The notes beneath the pieces were generated by a model that made no database searches, was not told where the DNA came from, and saw nothing but the letters and a program-made list of their open reading frames with translations. Below are positions 8,837-19,395 of a stretch of 64,000 nucleotides of DNA, one piece after another. Position 1 is the first letter of the stretch. Each line of letters opens with the position of its first letter. The translations under genes were made by a program, and so were the position numbers. This DNA comes from Bacillota bacterium (GTDB taxonomy: Bacteria; Bacillota; Dehalobacteriia; UBA4068; UBA4997). The stretch is taken from contig JAETTP010000004.1 of NCBI GenBank assembly GCA_021769035.1, forward strand, positions 10 through 64,009, read 5' to 3'.

Positions 8837-9889
8837 ATGTCAACAAAAATCAATATGCCAAAATTAAACAGCGCCACGGCGCGCCAGCTGGCCCCCGGGC
8901 TGCTCCTTTGCCTGTTGATTGCCCTGCCCTGCTGGCTTTTGGGCAAAGCCTGGCCGGTCGTCGGCGGGCCGGTTTTCGCCATTTTGGCCGGCATGCTGCT
9001 GGCCCTGTTTTACAAGCAACGCCGCGCCACGCAGCCAGGCATTGCCTACACCTCCAAAAAAATCCTGCAATACGCGGTTATCCTGCTGGGCTTTGGCTTG
9101 AATCTTTCCGAAATCGCCCGCGTGGGCCTCTCCAGCCTGCCCATCATCATCAGCACCATCTGCACCTCGCTGATTGTGGCCTTTGCGATTTACAAGCTGG
9201 CCAAAATGCCAGCCAACACCGCAGTTTTAATCGGCGTTGGCTCCTCAATCTGCGGCGGCTCGGCCATTGCCGCCACGGCCCCGGTCATCAAAGCCAATGA
9301 TGAGGAAATCGCCCAATCCATATCCGTAATCTTCCTTTTCAATGTGCTGGCCGCCCTGATCTTCCCCACCCTGGGCGGTTTGCTGGGCCTCAGCAACGAG
9401 GGCTTCGGCCTGTTCGCCGGCACCGCCGTAAACGACACCTCCTCAGTCACCGCCGCCGCGGCCGCCTGGGACGGCCTGCACCCCGGCGCCAACACGCTGG
9501 AAACCGCCACCATCGTCAAGCTGACCCGCACCCTGGCTATCATTCCGATCACGCTGGGCCTGGCCTTTTGGCAAATGCGCGGCGCACGCAGCGGCGGCCA
9601 AAGCGGCTTCAGCCTGAAAAACTCCTTCCCAATGTTCATATTGTACTTTGTGCTGGCCTCCGTCGTCACCACCCTGGCTATGCTGCTGGGCGTGGGCGCG
9701 GGCTTTTTCGCCCCCTTTAAGGAGCTGGCCAAATTTTGCATTATTATGGCAATGGCCGCCATCGGCCTGAACACGGATATTATCAAGCTGATTAAGGGCG
9801 GCCGCCAACCCCTGCTGATGGGCCTGGCCTGCTGGGTGGCAATCACCCTGGTCAGTCTGGCTATGCAGCACCTGCTGGGGATTTGGTGA
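8837..9889 (+). CDS. YeiH/UPF0324-family putative sulfate-exporter membrane protein
   Basis: Polytopic membrane protein with glycine-rich helices. Start chosen at MSTKINMPK, 47 codons inside the listed ORF, because the upstream part is AT-rich low-complexity sequence. Confidence 0.65.
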   Translation: MSTKINMPKLNSATARQLAPGLLLCLLIALPCWLLGKAWPVVGGPVFAILAGMLLALFYKQRRATQPGIAYTSKKILQYAVILLGFGLNLSEIARVGLSSLPIIISTICTSLIVAFAIYKLAKMPANTAVLIGVGSSICGGSAIAATAPVIKANDEEIAQSISVIFLFNVLAALIFPTLGGLLGLSNEGFGLFAGTAVNDTSSVTAAAAAWDGLHPGANTLETATIVKLTRTLAIIPITLGLAFWQMRGARSGGQSGFSLKNSFPMFILYFVLASVVTTLAMLLGVGAGFFAPFKELAKFCIIMAMAAIGLNTDIIKLIKGGRQPLLMGLACWVAITLVSLAMQHLLGIW

Positions 9890-10028
9890 AACAAATAATT
9901 TCGCTATTAAAACAGTCTAAGACGAATAAGTATTGTAAATCTTTACACCCTTTAGGCAGTTTTGAACACACAAAAACCGACCCTGCTTTCCAACAGAGGC
10001 GGTTTTTGCTATTTATAAACTAATTGAA

Positions 10029-11369
10029 TTATCCGGCGTATTTCTGTTCCAGGAAAGGTTTGGCAACCTGCGGGAACATCACGTAAAGCAGCAAGTCCTC
10101 ATCGTTTTTGGCCAGGCTGCCAATTTCCTGCCGGGCTTCGTCCAGATACGGCGGCAAGTCGTCGGCCGGACGGTGAGTAATGCTGGGCATATCCCGAATG
10201 ATTTGCTTTTTCACTTCCTCGTCCATCGGAGCCGGCGGCTGGCCGTATTGCCCCTGGAAGTAGGCCTTAACTTCGTTCGTCACCATCTTGTAGCGGCCGC
10301 CGGACAGCACGTTCAGCAAAGCCTGCGCGCCCACAATCTGGCTGCTGGGAGTCACCAGCGGCGGATAACCCATATCCTTGCGCACCCGCGGCACCTCAGC
10401 CAGCACCTCGTCAATGCGGCCCAAAGCGTTGGCGGCTTTCAGCTGCGAGAGGAAGTTGCTCATCATGCCGCCGGGGATTTGGCTGGCCAGCACCGTCGGG
10501 TCCACGCCGGGATTGGCCAGGTCAAACTCCTTGTAATGAGAGCGGATTTCCTTAACCTTGGGGGCAATCGCCAGCAAATCATTGAGCTCAATGCCGGTGT
10601 CATATTCCGTGCCTTGCAGCACCGCCACCATAGTTTCGTCCGCCGGCTGGGAGGTGCCCATTGCCAGCGGGCTCATCGCGCAATCCACCACATCGCAGCC
10701 GGCTTCAATCGCTTTCAGATAGCTCATCGCCGCCATGCCGGTGGTGTAATGGCAATGCAGCTGCACCATCAGGCCCGCCTGCTCCTTAATGCCTTTCACC
10801 AAATCGTAAGCGCCGTAGGGATAAATCAAGCCGCTCATATCCTTAATGCAGATGCTGTCCGCACCCATCGCTTTCAGCTTTTTAGCCAGCTCCACAAAGT
10901 GGGCGGTGTTGTGCACCGGGCTGTTGGTGTAAGAAACCGCCACCTGCGCATGCGCGCCATATTTTTTGGTGGCCCGCACGGCGCTCTCCACGTTGCGCAC
11001 ATCGTTCAGCGCGTCGAAAATGCGGATAATATCAATGCCGTTTTCCACGCATTTTTGCACAAACAAATCCACCACGTCATCGGAATAATGGCGATAACCC
11101 AGCAGATTTTGGCCACGCAGCAACATTTGCAGCTTAGTGTTGGGGCAGGCCTTGCGGATTTTGCGCAACCTCTCCCAGGGGTCTTCATTCAGGAAGCGCA
11201 TGCAACTGTCAAAGGTGGCGCCGCCCCACACTTCCATGCTATGAAAACCAACTTTATCCAAATCCGACGCAACCGTCAGAATATCGTCAATAGTCATACG
11301 TGTTGCCAGCAGGCTTTGGTGCGCGTCGCGCAAGGTGGTGTCGGTAATTCCGACTTTTGTTTTTACCAT
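10029..11369 (-). CDS. Carboxyltransferase subunit (oxaloacetate decarboxylase alpha / pyruvate carboxylase subunit B-like; no biotinyl domain)
   Basis: HMGL-like TIM-barrel motifs (DTTLRDAHQSL, HCHYTTGMA) followed by the conserved carboxylase domain. The ORF ends without a biotin-attachment motif. Confidence 0.8.
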   Translation of the reverse strand: MVKTKVGITDTTLRDAHQSLLATRMTIDDILTVASDLDKVGFHSMEVWGGATFDSCMRFLNEDPWERLRKIRKACPNTKLQMLLRGQNLLGYRHYSDDVVDLFVQKCVENGIDIIRIFDALNDVRNVESAVRATKKYGAHAQVAVSYTNSPVHNTAHFVELAKKLKAMGADSICIKDMSGLIYPYGAYDLVKGIKEQAGLMVQLHCHYTTGMAAMSYLKAIEAGCDVVDCAMSPLAMGTSQPADETMVAVLQGTEYDTGIELNDLLAIAPKVKEIRSHYKEFDLANPGVDPTVLASQIPGGMMSNFLSQLKAANALGRIDEVLAEVPRVRKDMGYPPLVTPSSQIVGAQALLNVLSGGRYKMVTNEVKAYFQGQYGQPPAPMDEEVKKQIIRDMPSITHRPADDLPPYLDEARQEIGSLAKNDEDLLLYVMFPQVAKPFLEQKYAG

Positions 11370-11492
11370 GATTCATCCCTCCCAAATTAGCATAATGCTA
11401 TTTTATCTATTAATTATAGCACAGGGACTAAATAATTGCAACTCAATTTTATCATTTAATTTTTAGCTTACTTCAATTTAGCACCCAAAACC

Positions 11493-12308
11493 TCACAAAG
11501 CGATAAATTCGCCCCGGGCGGCAGCGGGAATATCCCCCACCCCATTTAAAACAACCGAGGGCCGATAAGCGTAGGTTTTCATCAACTCCAAACTGGTGAC
11601 CCCGGAAAGCACCAGCACCGTGGACATGCCGCTCTCCAGGCCGGAAACGACGTCGGTATCCATGCGGTCGCCCACCATAACCGCCTCCGCGGAATGGCAA
11701 TTCAGCAACCGCAGCCCGGTGCGCATCATCAGCGGATTCGGCTTGCCGCAAAAATAGGCGTTGGTGCCGGTTGCCATTTCAATAGGCGCAATCAAGGCGC
11801 GGCAAGCCGGCGCAATGCCGTTTTCAATCGGGCCGGAAACATCGGAATTGGCGCCAATCAGCTTGGCGCCGCGCAAAACCAAATTGGTGGCTTTGGTCAG
11901 CGTGTCCAGCGAATAGGTGCGGCCCTCGCCGACAACCACATAATCCGGGTTCACGTCGTTCATCGTAAGGCCCGCGTCATAGAGGGCGTTGAGCAGGCCG
12001 GCCTCGCCAATCGCAAACACCGAGCAGCCGGGAGATTGCTCCTGCAAAAAAGCGGCGGTGGCCAGGGCGCTGGTGTAAAAGTGCTCCTCCGGCACGTCCA
12101 CCCCCATGCGGGCCAGCTTTTGGTGCAGCTCCCGCGGCGTGTAGCCGCTGTTGTTCGTCAAAAAAAGATATTCTTTCTTTTCGTCGTGCAGCCATTGAAT
12201 AAATTCGGCAACACCCGGCAGAATTTTATTCCCGTGGTAAATAACGCCGTCCATATCACAGATAAATCCCTTTTTTTCATTAAAATCAAGCATATTATTT
12301 TGCTTCAT
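11493..12308 (-). CDS. HAD-IIA family sugar-phosphatase-like hydrolase (NagD-like)
   Basis: CDMDGVIYHG motif I and the overall HAD-IIA layout. Confidence 0.8.
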   Translation of the reverse strand: MKQNNMLDFNEKKGFICDMDGVIYHGNKILPGVAEFIQWLHDEKKEYLFLTNNSGYTPRELHQKLARMGVDVPEEHFYTSALATAAFLQEQSPGCSVFAIGEAGLLNALYDAGLTMNDVNPDYVVVGEGRTYSLDTLTKATNLVLRGAKLIGANSDVSGPIENGIAPACRALIAPIEMATGTNAYFCGKPNPLMMRTGLRLLNCHSAEAVMVGDRMDTDVVSGLESGMSTVLVLSGVTSLELMKTYAYRPSVVLNGVGDIPAAARGEFIAL

Positions 12309-12443
12309 ATATTCGCTGCCTTTCTTAATATAATTATGTCTGCAATGCTTAAAATAATATTATATATTCATATCATAAGATAAAAATGTAAAATTGAAAA
12401 GCTATTTTTTATAAAATCTATGTAAAATCTGCTCAGAAAAATT

Positions 12444-12480
12444 TAAGGCGGCGTTTCGTTTGAAAAACACCGCCTTAATT
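12444..12480 (-). terminator. Rho-independent terminator downstream of coaD
   Basis: AAGGCGGCG...CACCGCCTT hairpin followed by a T-run on the minus strand. Confidence 0.5.
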
Positions 12481-12489
12481 TGCTTAGTT

Positions 12490-12978
12490 TTATTTTTGCT
12501 GCCCCGCCAGCTTGGCCGCTATGGCTTCCGCCACGCATGGCGCGACAATTCTGTCCGGCAGGCAGCCCAGTTTGCTAAAATTTTTGACAATGCTGGAGCT
12601 GACGAACTGATACTCCGGGGCCGTCATCAAAAACAGCGAGTCAATCTCCGGGGCCACGCTTTTGTTCATCAGAGCAATTTGAAACTCATTGTCAAAATCG
12701 GAAAGCGCACGCAGGCCGCGGATAATCACCTCCGCCCCCTCCTGCCGGCAAAATTCCACCAGCAGGCCGGAAAACTGCTTAACCTCCACATTGGAGAGAT
12801 CCGCCACCGCCTTTTGGGCAATCTCCACCCGCTCCTGGGCGGTGAAAAAGGTTTCCTTGTAATTATCCACCGCAATCGCCAAAATCAGCTTGTCGAACAA
12901 ATGGGCGGCCCGGCTTAAAATATCCTGGTGGCCGAGGGTTATCGGGTCAAAGGTTCCGGCGTAAACAGCAATTTTCAT
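12490..12978 (-). CDS. coaD: Phosphopantetheine adenylyltransferase
   Basis: MKIAVYAGTFDPITLGHQDIL signature. Start taken at MKIAV, inside the longer listed ORF. Confidence 0.85.
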   Translation of the reverse strand: MKIAVYAGTFDPITLGHQDILSRAAHLFDKLILAIAVDNYKETFFTAQERVEIAQKAVADLSNVEVKQFSGLLVEFCRQEGAEVIIRGLRALSDFDNEFQIALMNKSVAPEIDSLFLMTAPEYQFVSSSIVKNFSKLGCLPDRIVAPCVAEAIAAKLAGQQK

Positions 12979-13018
12979 TAGTTTTTCTCCTAATATCTTG
13001 TAATTCAAAAACGGGCGT

Positions 13019-13669
13019 TCAGCCTATAGCCTGGCCAAAAAGTTCCTTGCACATCAGGCCCAGATTTTGCACATCGTTTTCGTAGGCCGTCTTTTTGGAA
13101 GCGTCGTAAATCAAGGCCGCCGGGTGATACAACGGATAAACCGGCAGGTTGTACTTTTCCCAAACAAAAACCTTGCCGTGATACTGCCCCACCGAGGCGT
13201 TTTTGCCCACCACATAGGAAAGCGGTACGCCGCCCAGCGTCACCAGCAGCTTGGGCCGCAGCAGCTGAAGCTCCAGCTCCAACCAGGGCGAGCAGGTTTT
13301 GATTTCGTCCAGTGTGGGCTTGCGGTTGGCATAGTTGCCGTAAATGCCCTTGTTGGAGGGGCGGGTGGGCCGGCACTTCACCACGTTGCTGATGTAAACC
13401 TCCTCGCGCTTCAAATCCGCCAGGCGCAGAAAATCGTCCAAAATGCCGCCTGCCTGGCCACAGAAAGGCCTGCCCTCCTGGTCCTCCCGGCCGCCCGGCG
13501 CTTCGCCCAGCATAAAAATCAAAGGGTCCTTACGATATTCCCCCGCCACCGCCTGGGTGCGGGTTTCACAAAGAGAGCAGCGGCGGCATTCCCTCAATGC
13601 CTCCCGCCAAACGGGAAAGGTTAAGGGCTGTTTTTCAGCCTGCAAATTTTCTGGCGCCATATTAATCAC
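13019..13669 (-). CDS. Uracil-DNA glycosylase, family 4
   Basis: GEAPGGRED...FCGQAGGILD motif plus an N-terminal Cys cluster for a 4Fe-4S centre. Confidence 0.8.
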   Translation of the reverse strand: MINMAPENLQAEKQPLTFPVWREALRECRRCSLCETRTQAVAGEYRKDPLIFMLGEAPGGREDQEGRPFCGQAGGILDDFLRLADLKREEVYISNVVKCRPTRPSNKGIYGNYANRKPTLDEIKTCSPWLELELQLLRPKLLVTLGGVPLSYVVGKNASVGQYHGKVFVWEKYNLPVYPLYHPAALIYDASKKTAYENDVQNLGLMCKELFGQAIG

Positions 13670-13690
13670 CTAATTTTTACTATATTAATG

Positions 13691-14962
13691 TTAGTCCTCG
13701 TAGCCAGGAGCCACTGCCACCGGCTGCGGCTCGCCGCCAATCAAACGGCCGGCCGCCTCCTGCGGGAACAACTGCGCGCGCACCCGCATCGGCAGGGCGA
13801 AGATGTTAATGAAGCCGCCCGCGTCCGCCTGGTCGTAAACGTCGTCGGCGTCAAAGGTGGCAAAATCCTGGCTGTAGAGCGAATAGGGGCTGGTGGTGCC
13901 GGCCGCGCTGATATTGCCCTTGTAAAGCTTCAGGCGCACTTTGCCGGTCACGGTCTTTTGGGTGGAATCCACAAAAGCGTCCATTGCCTCACGCAGCGGG
14001 GAGAACCAAATGCCATCGTAAACCAGCTCCGCGTAGCGCAGGGCCAGGCCCTCCTTGTAATGCAGGGTCAGACGATCCAGGCACAGCTCCTCCAGCTTCT
14101 GGTGGGCATAGTACAAAATGGTGCCGCCGGGGGTTTCGTAAACGCCGCGGGATTTCATACCGACCAAACGGTTCTCCACCATATCCTCAACGCCAATGCC
14201 GTTGGCCGCGCCTTTTTCATTCAGATACATAATCAAATCCGCCGGGGAGAATGTTTTGCCGTCCACCTTAGTGGGAATGCCCTGCTCAAACTCAATTTCC
14301 AGATAGGTGGGCTCGTCCGGGGCCTGCTCCGGCGGCGTGCAAATCAGCAGCATAGAGCTTTTCGGCTCATTGGCCGGATCCTCCAAATCCATACCCTCGT
14401 GGCTCAGGTGCCACAGGTTGCGGTCCATAGAATAGTTGTTTTCCTTGGTGACCGGCAGCGGAATATCATGCGCGGCGGCGTAATCCACCTCCTGCTCGCG
14501 GGACTGCAAATCCCACTCCCGCCAAGGGGCGATAATCTTCAAATCCGGGGCCAGAGCTTTCACCGCAGCCTCAAAACGCACCTGGTCGTTGCCTTTGCCG
14601 GTAGCGCCGTGCGCAATAGCCACCGCGCCCTCCTTGCGGGCAATCTCCACCAGGCGGCGGGCAATCAGCGGCCGGGCAAAGGAGGTGCCCAGCAGATATT
14701 TACCCTCGTAAACCGCGCCGGCTTTCATCGTGGGGTAAATATAATCGGTGACAAACTCATCCCGCAAATCCTCAATATAAAGCTTGGCCGCGCCGGTTTT
14801 AATCGCCTTTTCCTTCAGCGGGGACAACTCCTCGCCCTGGCCCACGTCGGCGCTCATCGCAATAACATCGTAGCCGTAATGCTCCTTCAGCCACGGGATA
14901 ATAACCGAGGTATCCAAACCGCCGGAATAGGCCAGCACAACCTTTTCTTTCTGCTCACTCAT
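13691..14962 (-). CDS. argG: Argininosuccinate synthase
   Basis: [11 protein letters not shown]-loop and full-length similarity to ArgG. Confidence 0.95.
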   Translation of the reverse strand: MSEQKEKVVLAYSGGLDTSVIIPWLKEHYGYDVIAMSADVGQGEELSPLKEKAIKTGAAKLYIEDLRDEFVTDYIYPTMKAGAVYEGKYLLGTSFARPLIARRLVEIARKEGAVAIAHGATGKGNDQVRFEAAVKALAPDLKIIAPWREWDLQSREQEVDYAAAHDIPLPVTKENNYSMDRNLWHLSHEGMDLEDPANEPKSSMLLICTPPEQAPDEPTYLEIEFEQGIPTKVDGKTFSPADLIMYLNEKGAANGIGVEDMVENRLVGMKSRGVYETPGGTILYYAHQKLEELCLDRLTLHYKEGLALRYAELVYDGIWFSPLREAMDAFVDSTQKTVTGKVRLKLYKGNISAAGTTSPYSLYSQDFATFDADDVYDQADAGGFINIFALPMRVRAQLFPQEAAGRLIGGEPQPVAVAPGYED

Positions 14963-15092
14963 TTATATAACAGCTCCTTTTTTTCAATTGTTTTACTTTT
15001 TCTATACTTTTACTTTTTTCCTATATTTTACAACAATTTAAACTGTATTACAATATATTTTACAAATTTATTTCACATTTAAGGCCGCCGGC

Positions 15093-16289
15093 TCAAAAGC
15101 CCGGCATTTGCAGCTCCCGGCAGAGATAGGTTAAATCCACCGTCCAGATTTTGCCGCGCTGCAAAACCGCCGCCAAATCCGCCTTGGCCGCCGCGTCGTT
15201 GCCCAGCCAGTGCCAACGATACGCTCTGGACACCTGGTAAAAATCCTGATTAGCCTCGTCCAGCTCCAGCAGCCGGGTTAAATCCGCAACATGCCGCTGA
15301 TAGCGTTTGCTGGTGCCAGTGGTGGGGCAACGGGCCCTAAGCGCCCAAATATTGTCCGGCTCCAGCTCCAAAGCCCGGCTTAAATCGCGGTCCATATCCG
15401 GCCGGCGGTTGCGCCCCTGCTTCAAATTCTCCAGCTGGCACCAACAAAAAGCGCGCAACAGATACAAGCCCGCCTGCTTCGGATTAGCCTGAATGGCCTC
15501 CGTCAGCAACGGCAAAGCCTCCGCGTATTGGCCGGCCTCAATCAGGCGGACAATCTCAGCGTATTCCGCCGGCAGAGCCGCCGCCCTTTGCCGGGCGTAA
15601 GCCGCGTCGGTCAGAGCGTCCGGCAAAACAGGCGTGTCCACCGGCCGTTGCTTATAGGCAATGGCCGGCAAGGCGGCTTTGGGAGAATCATCAACAGCCT
15701 GAGCCGCCTTATCCGACGCTGCCGCCTGGCGGCCGTATTCCGGCAGGGCCGCTTCCGGCGGCGGGCAAAGCTCGTCGTATTCAAAGCCCAAAGCCCGCAT
15801 AAAATCCGCCAGCTGCCAGCAATCGCCAATCACAAAATCATCGCCGGGGCAGGCAAACTCGCCCATACGCGCCTCCACCCAGGGCTGCAAATAAGGCTCC
15901 AGCACTGCCGCCTCCACCTTAAAGCAGGCGGCCAGGGCCAGGGCGTTGCCCGGCTTGGCCGGCGGCTGACCGGGCTCAAAGTAATCCGACAGGCTGGCAA
16001 ATTCATCTAACCGTTTGCCGGCCTGGGCCAGCTCGTAGCCCCAAAAATCGTCGTCGTAAATGTAAAGCAGCAGGGCCGGGCAGGCCAACAGCGGCGAAAT
16101 AGCCTCCAAAACGGAGTGGCCCAGGCAGCCGTCGTTGAGCAGTACCGCCGGGCCTTTGGCAAAGGTGTGCCAGCTGCACTCATTCGGCTGCAAGCCGGTC
16201 TGCCGGTCTGCCGCGCAACGCCAAACCGCCTGCTGGCATTGCTTTTCCGCGCTGCCGGGAAACAGCAGCGCGTGCAAAAACAGGCCCAT
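15093..16289 (-). CDS. Hypothetical protein with C-terminal TPR-like repeats, inserted between argF and argG
   Basis: 398 aa ORF with GC-rich coding character and no catalytic motifs. Helical-repeat (TPR-like) segments start around residue 250. Confidence 0.5.
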   Translation of the reverse strand: MGLFLHALLFPGSAEKQCQQAVWRCAADRQTGLQPNECSWHTFAKGPAVLLNDGCLGHSVLEAISPLLACPALLLYIYDDDFWGYELAQAGKRLDEFASLSDYFEPGQPPAKPGNALALAACFKVEAAVLEPYLQPWVEARMGEFACPGDDFVIGDCWQLADFMRALGFEYDELCPPPEAALPEYGRQAAASDKAAQAVDDSPKAALPAIAYKQRPVDTPVLPDALTDAAYARQRAAALPAEYAEIVRLIEAGQYAEALPLLTEAIQANPKQAGLYLLRAFCWCQLENLKQGRNRRPDMDRDLSRALELEPDNIWALRARCPTTGTSKRYQRHVADLTRLLELDEANQDFYQVSRAYRWHWLGNDAAAKADLAAVLQRGKIWTVDLTYLCRELQMPGF

Positions 16290-16312
16290 TACCGCACCTC
16301 CTCAAGCCGGCT

Positions 16313-17263
16313 TTAGGCCAGCAGCAACGCCATCACCGCCATTTGAGCATACAGCCGATTTTCCGCCTCGTCGAAAATTTCTGGGTGCGCTTCAAAAACC
16401 GCTTCGGTGATTTCCTCGCCCCGGTGGGCCGGCAGACAATGCAGCACCATTGCGCCGGGGTTGGCCGCCGCCATCAGCTCGTCGTTCACCTGATAAACGC
16501 CGCCGAAAACTTTCTCCCGTTCGGCCTTTTCCGCCTCTTGGCCCATCGAAGCCCAAACGTCGGTGTAAATCACATCCGCCCCGGCCGCCGCGGCCAGTGG
16601 GTCGGCCAGCACCTGCACGCTGCCGCCGCTCTCCGCCGCCGCAGCTTCAGCCGCCGCCACAACCGCCGCGTCAGGCCGATAACCCTCCGGACAGGCCACG
16701 GCCACCTGCATACCCATACGCGCGCCGCCGTTCATCAAGGAATGGGCCATATTGTTGCCGTCGCCGATAAAGGCCATTTTCAGGCCGGCCAGCTTACCCT
16801 TGTGCTCCCGAATAGTCTGCAAGTCTGCCAGCACCTGGCAGGGGTGCAGCAAATCCGTCAGGCCGTTAATCACCGGTATGTTCGCATATTGGGCCAGTTC
16901 CAACACAATGTCATGGCTGAAAGTGCGGATCATCAACCCGTTAAGGAAACGGGAAAGCACCCGCGCGGTGTCCTTAATTGGCTCGCCGCGGCCAATTTGC
17001 AGGTCGTGACTGGAGAGGAAAAGCCCCTGGCCACCCAGATAATAAATGCCGGCCTCAAAGGAAACCCGCGTACGGGTGGAGCTCTTCTCAAAAATCAGGC
17101 CCATCGTTTTGCCCTGCAAATAGGGCGTGGGGCGGCCGGCCTTGTGCTCCGCTTTCAGGTAATCGGCCACCTCCAAAAAATATTGCAAATCCGCCGCGCT
17201 GTAATCCAGCAGAGAGATGAAATCCCGCCCGGCGTAATCCTTTTTCAACTGCATTGCCGTCAT
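16313..17263 (-). CDS. argF: Ornithine carbamoyltransferase
   Basis: STRTR and HCLP motifs. Confidence 0.9.
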   Translation of the reverse strand: MTAMQLKKDYAGRDFISLLDYSAADLQYFLEVADYLKAEHKAGRPTPYLQGKTMGLIFEKSSTRTRVSFEAGIYYLGGQGLFLSSHDLQIGRGEPIKDTARVLSRFLNGLMIRTFSHDIVLELAQYANIPVINGLTDLLHPCQVLADLQTIREHKGKLAGLKMAFIGDGNNMAHSLMNGGARMGMQVAVACPEGYRPDAAVVAAAEAAAAESGGSVQVLADPLAAAAGADVIYTDVWASMGQEAEKAEREKVFGGVYQVNDELMAAANPGAMVLHCLPAHRGEEITEAVFEAHPEIFDEAENRLYAQMAVMALLLA

Positions 17264-18459
17264 TATTGCAGCACCTCCTGTAGGGCGGCGTCCAGCACCG
17301 CCATAAACTCGTCCGCCTCCGCGTGGCTGACGTTCAGCGGCGGAATCAGCCGCAGCACCGTGCCAGCGGTGCAGTTAAGCAACACGCCGCGGCGCAGGCA
17401 GGCCTGCACCACGTCCGCGCCGGGCCGATCCAGCTGCACGCCCAGCAGCAGGCCCTGGCCGCGGATTTCCTTAATGCAGGGATATTTCGCTTGTAGCTCC
17501 GTCAGTTTGCCCCGCAGATACTCGCCTAGCATAGCCGCCCGCCCGGGAATATCCTGCTCCAGCATAATTTTCATTACGGCCAGGCCGGCCGCGCAAACCA
17601 GCGGGTTGCCGCCAAAGGTGGAACCGTGGTCGCCCGGCTTAAAGGCCGCCGCCACCTTGTCGGTGCTTAAAAAGGCGCCAATGGGCGCGCCGCCGCCCAA
17701 CGCCTTAGCCAGCGTCATAATATCCGGGGCCACGCCGGCGTGCTGATAGGCAAAAAGTTTGCCGGTGCGGCCCAGGCCGGTCTGCACCTCGTCGTAAATC
17801 AGCACGACGTCCCGCTCGTCGCAGAGCCGGCGGATTTGGCGCAGATATTCCGGGTCGGCCGGGAAAACGCCGCCCTCGCCCTGCACCGGCTCCAGCATAA
17901 TGGCGCAAGTTTGCTCGTTCACCGCAGCCTGCAAGGCTTCCCAGTCGTTGAAAGGCACGTAGGTGAAGCCCGCCGCCAGCGGCTCAAAGCCCTGGTGCAT
18001 TTTGGCCTGCCCGGTGGCCGTCAGCGTGGCCAGGGTGCGGCCGTGGAAGCTGCTTTGCATAGTGATAACCTGCTGGCGTTCCGGGCGGCCCTTGTAAACT
18101 GCGTATTTGCGGGCCAGCTTCAGCGCGCCCTCGTTGGCCTCCGCGCCGCTGTTGCCGAAAAACACCTTGTCAAAGGCGGAATTTTCCACCAGCACCTCCG
18201 CCAGCCGCACCTGCGGCTCAATCCAATAGAGGTTGGAGGAATGAATCAGCTGGGCCGCCTGCTCCGCCAGGGCCGCCGCCACGTAAGGGTGGGCGTGGCC
18301 CAAAGCGTTTACGGCAATGCCGCTGACAAAATCCAGATATTTGTTGCCGTCGGCGTCAAAAACGTAACTGCCCTCACCCCGCACCATGGCAATGGGCAGG
18401 CGGTTGAAAACGTTCAGGCAGTATTTTTGGCCTTTGGCGATTATTTCCGCATTGTTCAT
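17263..18459 (-). CDS. argD: Acetylornithine aminotransferase
   Basis: Class-III PLP aminotransferase pattern. Sits between argB and argF. Confidence 0.9.
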   Translation of the reverse strand: MNNAEIIAKGQKYCLNVFNRLPIAMVRGEGSYVFDADGNKYLDFVSGIAVNALGHAHPYVAAALAEQAAQLIHSSNLYWIEPQVRLAEVLVENSAFDKVFFGNSGAEANEGALKLARKYAVYKGRPERQQVITMQSSFHGRTLATLTATGQAKMHQGFEPLAAGFTYVPFNDWEALQAAVNEQTCAIMLEPVQGEGGVFPADPEYLRQIRRLCDERDVVLIYDEVQTGLGRTGKLFAYQHAGVAPDIMTLAKALGGGAPIGAFLSTDKVAAAFKPGDHGSTFGGNPLVCAAGLAVMKIMLEQDIPGRAAMLGEYLRGKLTELQAKYPCIKEIRGQGLLLGVQLDRPGADVVQACLRRGVLLNCTAGTVLRLIPPLNVSHAEADEFMAVLDAALQEVLQ

Positions 18460-18471
18460 AATTATAACTCC

Positions 18472-19368
18472 TTATTTATTGATAACCATAGTACCAATAC
18501 CCTCTTTAGTAAATATTTCTAATAGAAGGCAATGCAGCACCCGGCCGTCCAAAATATGCACGCTGCCCACGCCCTGTTTAACGGCATGCACGCAACAATC
18601 AATTTTGGGCAGCATGCCGCCGGAAATCACGCCCTGGGCTTTCAGGCCCTCCACCAGGCGCACCGGCAGAATGGAAATCAGCGAGCTCTTGTCCTTGTAA
18701 TCGCGATAAAGCCCCTCCACGTCGGTCAGCAACATCAGCTTTTCCGCTTGCAGGGCCGCGGCCACGCGCCCGGCCACCAAATCGGCGTTCACGTTCAGGC
18801 TCTCGCCCTTGCGGTCCACCGCCACCGGCGAAATCACCGGGATATAGCCCTGGTCCAGCAGGGAGTTCAGCAAGTCCACGTTGACGCTTTCCACCTCGCC
18901 CACCAGGCCCAAGTCCATCATCTGCTGGCCGCCGTCCGGGGTGGGTACGCGGGCCCGCTGCTTGTGGGCCAGCAGCAGATTAGCGTCCGCGCCGGAAAGG
19001 CCCACGGCAGAGCCGCCGTTCTGGTTAATGTATTTGACAATGCTGCTGTTCACCTTGCCGGTCAGCACCATCTCCACCACTTCCATCACATTTTCGTCCG
19101 TCACTCGCTGGCCGTTGACGAACTCCACTTTCATACGCATTTGCTCCATAACGCTGTTGATGTCCGGCCCGCCGCCGTGCACCAGCACCGGGCGCATGCC
19201 CACCAGCTGCATGAGCACCACGTCTTTCAGCACGCCCTCTTTCAGCTCCTCGCTGAGCATAGCATTGCCGCCGTACTTGATAACCACCGTTTTACCGTGG
19301 AAGCGTTTGATATAGGGCAAGGCTTCCACCAAAATACTAGCTTTGTCGATAGCTGAGATGTCCTGCAT
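18472..19368 (-). CDS. argB: Acetylglutamate kinase
   Basis: Amino-acid kinase fold (VIKYGG...) in arg synteny. Confidence 0.9.
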   Translation of the reverse strand: MQDISAIDKASILVEALPYIKRFHGKTVVIKYGGNAMLSEELKEGVLKDVVLMQLVGMRPVLVHGGGPDINSVMEQMRMKVEFVNGQRVTDENVMEVVEMVLTGKVNSSIVKYINQNGGSAVGLSGADANLLLAHKQRARVPTPDGGQQMMDLGLVGEVESVNVDLLNSLLDQGYIPVISPVAVDRKGESLNVNADLVAGRVAAALQAEKLMLLTDVEGLYRDYKDKSSLISILPVRLVEGLKAQGVISGGMLPKIDCCVHAVKQGVGSVHILDGRVLHCLLLEIFTKEGIGTMVINK

Positions 19369-19395
19369 ACCATTCTCCTCCTTATTAAATATATT

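Noticed and set aside
16343-17746. 467 aa ORF antisense to argF/argD, and the proline/arginine-rich ORF 16450..16770
   Set aside because: Mirror-frame artifacts of GC-rich coding DNA. ArgF and ArgD are unambiguous on the opposite strand.
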